A stretch of 64,000 nt of DNA from a candidate division FCPU426 bacterium. GTDB lineage: Bacteria > Oederibacteriota > Muellerivitia > Muellerivitales > Muellerivitaceae. The position numbers were made by a program, and so were the translations under genes. The stretch is taken from assembly GCA_963719085.1 (NCBI GenBank), contig CAVRAL010000004.1, positions 1,088,001-1,152,000 on the forward strand, written 5' to 3'. This document shows positions 59,883 to 64,000 of the stretch, in pieces. The notes under the pieces were generated by a model. The model was not told the DNA's origin, searched no databases, and saw only the letters and a list, made by a program, of their open reading frames with translations. How positions within the stretch are numbered: position 1 is the first letter of the stretch; every line of letters begins with the position of its first letter.

Positions 59883-61994
59883 ATGATGCAGCGTGTCAGC
59901 AGCCCCTTCGCGCATTCCACTTTTTCCATCGAAACCGGCCGTATGGCCAAACAAGCCGACGGGTCCGTCTTGGCCCAGTTCGGGGATACGGTCGTGATCG
60001 CCGCCGTTGTCGGAGCCAAAGACCCGATGCCCGGCAAGGATTTTTTCCCCCTGACCGTTGAGTACCGCGAGCGTTCCTCGTCCGCCGGCCGCATTCCCGG
60101 CGGCTGGTTCAAGCGGGAAGGCCGTCCGCGCACCAAGGAAACCTTGACGTCGCGTTTGATCGACCGCCCGATCCGCCCGCTTTTCCCGGATGGTTTCTTT
60201 AACGAAGTGCAAATGATGATCACGGTCATTTCCTCGGACCAGGAAAATGATTCCGACGTCTTGGCCGTCACGGCCGCTTCCGCCGCCTTGGCCGTTTCCG
60301 ATATCCCGGTGGCCGACATGTTCGGCTGCGTGCGCGTGGGCCGCATCAACGGGGACTTGGTGGTCAACCCGACCTTTGAGCAAATGAAAAAGAGCACGCT
60401 GGACTTGGTCGTGGCCGCCAGCCGCAAGGCCGTGGTCATGGTCGAGGGCGGCGCCGATGAGGAATCCGAATCGGTTGTTTTCGAGGCCATTAAGCTGGCC
60501 CACAAGGCCTGCCAGACCTTGATTGATTTACAAGAAGAGCTGGTCAAGAAAGCCGGCAAACCCAAGCGTCCCTTGACCTTGGTGAAGCCCGAAGCGGGCG
60601 TCGTGAGCGACGTGAAAAACTTCGCCCTTTCCAAGATGAAGGAAGCCATGGCGGAAAAGGACAAGCTCAAGCGCCAGGATAAGATCAGCGCGGTCACCAA
60701 GGAAACTTGGGAGCATTTCAAGGCCCAGCATGAAGGCCGGGAAAAAGAAATCCACGGCATCGTCCACGCCATTGAGTCGGATTTGGTCCGCGAGGCCATC
60801 TTGGACCGCCAAGAGCGCCAGGACGGACGCAAGTTCGATGAGTTCCGCCCGATCACTTCGGAAGTCGGCGTGTTGCCCCGCACCCACGGTTCGGCGCTTT
60901 TCACCCGCGGCCAGACCCAGGCTTTGGTGGTCACCACCATGGGAACCAAGGATGACCAGCAGATTTTGGAAGAGCTGGAAGGCGAAGTTAAAAAGCGCTT
61001 CATGCTCCATTACAACTTCCCGCCTTTCTCGGTGGGTGAGATCAAGCGTTTGTCGGGCCCCGGCCGCCGCGAAATCGGCCACGGCAACTTGGCCGAACGC
61101 GCCTTGGAGCCCTTGCTGCCTTCCTTTGACGAGTTTCCTTACACGGTCCAAGTGACCTCGGACATTTTGGAATCCAACGGTTCCTCGTCCATGGCCTCGG
61201 TTTGCGGCGGCTCCTTGTCCATGATGGACGCGGGCATTCCGCTCAAGGCCCCCTGCGCCGGCGTGGCGCTGGGTTTGGTCAGCAACGAGGATATGTCCAA
61301 GTACGCCATCCTGACCGATATCCAAGGATTGGAAGATCACTTCGGCGATATGGACTTCAAGGTCGCGGGAACCCGCAAGGGCATCACGGCCATCCAGATG
61401 GACATCAAAATTTTCGGACTGCCTTTCGAGGTGGTCGAAAAGGGTTTGGCGCAAGCCAAGCAGGGCCGCTTGACGATCTTGGACATCATGGACAAAACCA
61501 TGACGGGTCCGCGCGACAAGATGTCCGAATACGCCCCCCGCATCGTCTCGATCAAGGTACCCGTGGATAAGATCCGCGACATCATTGGCAAGGGCGGAGC
61601 CACCATCAAGAAAATCCAGGAAGACTTCCAGGTCGACGTCAATGTGGAAGACGACGGAACGGTCCACATCTCCTCGGCCAACGGAGCCGCGATCGACAAG
61701 GCGAAAGGCTTTATCGACGGCCTGATGGCGGAAGCCGAAGAAGGCAAGATTTACTTCGGGAAGGTCAAAAAGATCATGGACTTCGGCGCCTTCGTCGAGA
61801 TCCTGCCGGGCACGGACGGACTGGTGCACATTTCCCAGCTCGACAACCGCCGGGTGGAAAAGGTTGAGGAGGTCTTGAAGGAAGGGGACGAATTGCTGGT
61901 CAAGTGCATCGGCATCGACCCCAAGACCCGCAAGATCAAGCTGTCCCGCAAAGAAGCCCTGGGACTGAACATCGCGGATTACAAGAAAAACTAG
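59883..61994 (+). CDS. pnp: Polyribonucleotide nucleotidyltransferase (PNPase)
   Basis: AKQADG, FFPLTV, RLIDRPIRPLF, RREIGHG, ESNGSSSMASVCGG, GDMDFKVAG; KH and S1 domains. Confidence 0.99.
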   Translation: MMQRVSSPFAHSTFSIETGRMAKQADGSVLAQFGDTVVIAAVVGAKDPMPGKDFFPLTVEYRERSSSAGRIPGGWFKREGRPRTKETLTSRLIDRPIRPLFPDGFFNEVQMMITVISSDQENDSDVLAVTAASAALAVSDIPVADMFGCVRVGRINGDLVVNPTFEQMKKSTLDLVVAASRKAVVMVEGGADEESESVVFEAIKLAHKACQTLIDLQEELVKKAGKPKRPLTLVKPEAGVVSDVKNFALSKMKEAMAEKDKLKRQDKISAVTKETWEHFKAQHEGREKEIHGIVHAIESDLVREAILDRQERQDGRKFDEFRPITSEVGVLPRTHGSALFTRGQTQALVVTTMGTKDDQQILEELEGEVKKRFMLHYNFPPFSVGEIKRLSGPGRREIGHGNLAERALEPLLPSFDEFPYTVQVTSDILESNGSSSMASVCGGSLSMMDAGIPLKAPCAGVALGLVSNEDMSKYAILTDIQGLEDHFGDMDFKVAGTRKGITAIQMDIKIFGLPFEVVEKGLAQAKQGRLTILDIMDKTMTGPRDKMSEYAPRIVSIKVPVDKIRDIIGKGGATIKKIQEDFQVDVNVEDDGTVHISSANGAAIDKAKGFIDGLMAEAEEGKIYFGKVKKIMDFGAFVEILPGTDGLVHISQLDNRRVEKVEEVLKEGDELLVKCIGIDPKTRKIKLSRKEALGLNIADYKKN

Positions 61995-62007
61995 TCGTTA
62001 GATTGGT

Positions 62008-62039
62008 AAGAGCCTCGGCCTTTTGGCCGGGGCTTTTTT
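62008..62039 (+). terminator. Intrinsic terminator after pnp
   Basis: AAGAGCCTCGGCC-TTTT-GGCCGGGGCTTTTTT. Confidence 0.85.
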
Positions 62040-62110
62040 GTTTTAGAAGACTTTTATTTATCGATGCGATATGACTCTGTAATTCAGTTGGGCCAACATA
62101 GTTCAATTTT

Positions 62111-63379
62111 TTATGAGGTTTTTCTAAGGATATATATTTTCTTATAAGTGCCTAAGTAATCCTCTGGGCAAATTATTTTGTATCCATTTTTTCTTAATTC
62201 CAATTCAACTAAATAGTAAGTAATGGAAAACAAGCGCTTCTGAATTTCAAGCCATTCATTTTCATTTAATGTTTTTCCGTCCAAATGTTTTTGTTTGTAA
62301 ATATCAACCAGTCCAAGTTCTGGAACATAATTAAAGTCATCAAAATCAACGTTGTTGCAAATTTGATTGCCTTCATCAGGTCGGCCACCAAGCCAATGTT
62401 TAAATTCGTTATCGGTTACAAAAAACGGTTGAGATAAACTAGTTCTTACATCTTCGATCCACGGATCATTTATTTTGCTATATGTGGCTGAATCAACACC
62501 TAAACTTTCACACATGTTCAGAATAGTAGCGCCTCTGCTTCTCAAATCTGTTAAGTTGCCAATTGCCTTATCTATTCCTAGCGGAATTGGATAAAAAGCG
62601 GGTTTGCAAAGAAGCGCCTTCGGAAGTTGAGATAGTAATGGTGGAAGTGTATGTAATGTTGAAATCGGTGAAATTTGTTGATGTATTTGAGTGACAGGGT
62701 GTGTATTTTTTTCTGTTCTGGATCTGTTTAAGAAAAAGTAAAAAATATTTCCAAATAAAATTATTGATAATATAAAAACGGTTCTTCGATTGATCATTTT
62801 GAAAATAATGGCTTTTTGTTTTGGCTCCAGCTCGTGATTTCGATCATATTCCATAAGATCTCGCGGGTTGAAATTTTTGACTTCTACGGTTTCGTTGTAT
62901 ATTTTGGTTAAAGAGTTCCTATAAAAATCAAATAATCGTAAAAGCTTTTCTGCATCGGGCTTTGTTGAAAGTGGGTCCAGTGAGCCACCCTGAAGCAAGA
63001 ATTTTTTTTGCTCCTCTTCTCCCAAGGCCATTTTTAAAGCAACTGCAACCAGATATCTCCAATCTTGCATTTCACTTAGAGCAATACGATATTTTGTCGT
63101 AGGGTTTATGAAAGTTGGTAAATAAAGCCGGATTTTTAAATTTTCATCAATTCTTTTGTAAATGAAGCTTTTAAATGCCATTAGGGGTGTTGTATCGGCA
63201 TTTGATTTATTTCTAATCTTCCTAATTACTAAAGCCATCCAGTGAAATAAAAGAACAACACAAATACCAATAATCCCGGTCCCAATAGCTTTGACATATT
63301 GTGCATCTATCATTTGAACACCTGTTGCCAAACCGAAAAATATGACAAGTAAGTATTCAAAGTACGGTATTTCAGGCAT
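62111..63379 (-). CDS. AT-rich hypothetical membrane protein
   Basis: 422-codon ORF in markedly AT-rich DNA; two N-terminal and one central hydrophobic segment; no recognised motif. Confidence 0.65.
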   Translation of the reverse strand: MPEIPYFEYLLVIFFGLATGVQMIDAQYVKAIGTGIIGICVVLLFHWMALVIRKIRNKSNADTTPLMAFKSFIYKRIDENLKIRLYLPTFINPTTKYRIALSEMQDWRYLVAVALKMALGEEEQKKFLLQGGSLDPLSTKPDAEKLLRLFDFYRNSLTKIYNETVEVKNFNPRDLMEYDRNHELEPKQKAIIFKMINRRTVFILSIILFGNIFYFFLNRSRTEKNTHPVTQIHQQISPISTLHTLPPLLSQLPKALLCKPAFYPIPLGIDKAIGNLTDLRSRGATILNMCESLGVDSATYSKINDPWIEDVRTSLSQPFFVTDNEFKHWLGGRPDEGNQICNNVDFDDFNYVPELGLVDIYKQKHLDGKTLNENEWLEIQKRLFSITYYLVELELRKNGYKIICPEDYLGTYKKIYILRKTS

Positions 63380-63588
63380 GTGTCATTGTATCCAATCGGA
63401 TTAATCGCGATTAAAAACAGGAATACTTATGATCTCTTGAACCCAAGCGATTAGTGGTTTCAAATACTATCTGCGCATTCGAGTATACAATTTCCCCTTA
63501 GCCCTGTTTTAAATTGAATAAAGGCGTTTTTTTGGCCTGTGGTGTAAAATAATCTTACGCTTTTTGAACCTCTAACCGGATAGGTCCC

Positions 63589-63966
63589 TTGAAAAAAACC
63601 ATGCTTAAAAAAGAAGACTGGGGCCTTCTGACCATCACGGCTTTGCTTTCGACTTTTGTTTTCCCTCCCTACTTCATTTACATCATGACCATGGCGGCCT
63701 TGACCGAGTTCGCCCATCTTTGGACCACGCGGCTTTCCCGGGAAGAGCAGGAGACTTTCATCGAGTTCGAGAAAGAATTCCGCAAAGGCTACAAACTGGA
63801 AAAAGCTGGGGAATGGAAGGCCGCGATTCAGTGGTATCAAAAACTGGAAAAACGTTATTCCGACCTGCCCCAAGCCAGCAAACTCGCCACGCTTCAAATC
63901 CGCAAGCTCCGTTCCGCCAAGAAACCCAAGGGCGCGCCGCCGGTCAAAAAGGGAAAACCGTCATGA
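63589..63966 (+). CDS. Small membrane protein with TPR-like helical C-terminus
   Basis: Hydrophobic N-terminus; FRKGYKLEKAGEWKAAIQWYQKL..RY TPR-like; start may be ATG 63601. Confidence 0.6.
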   Translation: MKKTMLKKEDWGLLTITALLSTFVFPPYFIYIMTMAALTEFAHLWTTRLSREEQETFIEFEKEFRKGYKLEKAGEWKAAIQWYQKLEKRYSDLPQASKLATLQIRKLRSAKKPKGAPPVKKGKPS

Positions 63967-64000
63967 TGATCGCCCTTGTTTGCCGGGAATGCGGCCAGCC
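63963..64000 (+). CDS. Start of a probable zinc-ribbon protein (truncated by window)
   Basis: ATGA overlap with previous stop; MMIALVCRECGQ. Confidence 0.4.
   Translation, partial: MMIALVCRECGQ

Noticed and set aside
51826..61829. Long antisense ORFs opposite nusA, infB and pnp (also lepA, polC, barrel 1)
   Set aside because: Shadow frames of GC-rich, highly biased genes; no recognisable domains.

Overview
GC-rich chromosomal window from a diderm bacterium: it encodes outer-membrane beta-barrels, lipoproteins and a GT9. It nevertheless carries PolC and Firmicutes-like core gene order: lepA-lepB-hemW-hrcA-grpE-dnaK, and dxr-rseP...ispG-proS...polC-rimP-nusA-infB-rbfA-DHH-truB-ribF-rpsO-pnp. 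The lineage cannot be fixed from sequence alone. Accessory content points to surface polysaccharide use. (i) A 10.7-kb cluster has three large C-terminal-Phe beta-barrels, each with an N-terminal SLH-like plus coiled-coil tether (OmpM-like), flanked by four paralogous CBM11/CIA30-like lipoproteins, with no TonB-dependent transporter or SusD evident. This is the best candidate for an undescribed glycan-capture/uptake system. (ii) Directly upstream, an RlmD rRNA methyltransferase is fused through a TM helix to an extracytoplasmic glycoside-hydrolase-like domain. (iii) Two secreted clan GH-A glycosidases have Thr-Pro linkers and a shared T9SS-like C-terminal domain, and a PorV/FadL-like barrel is present. 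Non-coding highlights: no CIRCE was seen, but a CGGA-N4-TCCG palindrome occurs before both hrcA and hsp20, and HrcA has a divergent recognition helix. Three unrelated REP-like hairpin families all host the same double-hairpin cassette, and REP arms appear to encode the signal peptides of two DUF1207-like genes. PolC lacks its internal proofreading exonuclease. All family assignments come from motif recognition by eye, not database searches. No rRNA, tRNA, CRISPR array or transposase was seen.
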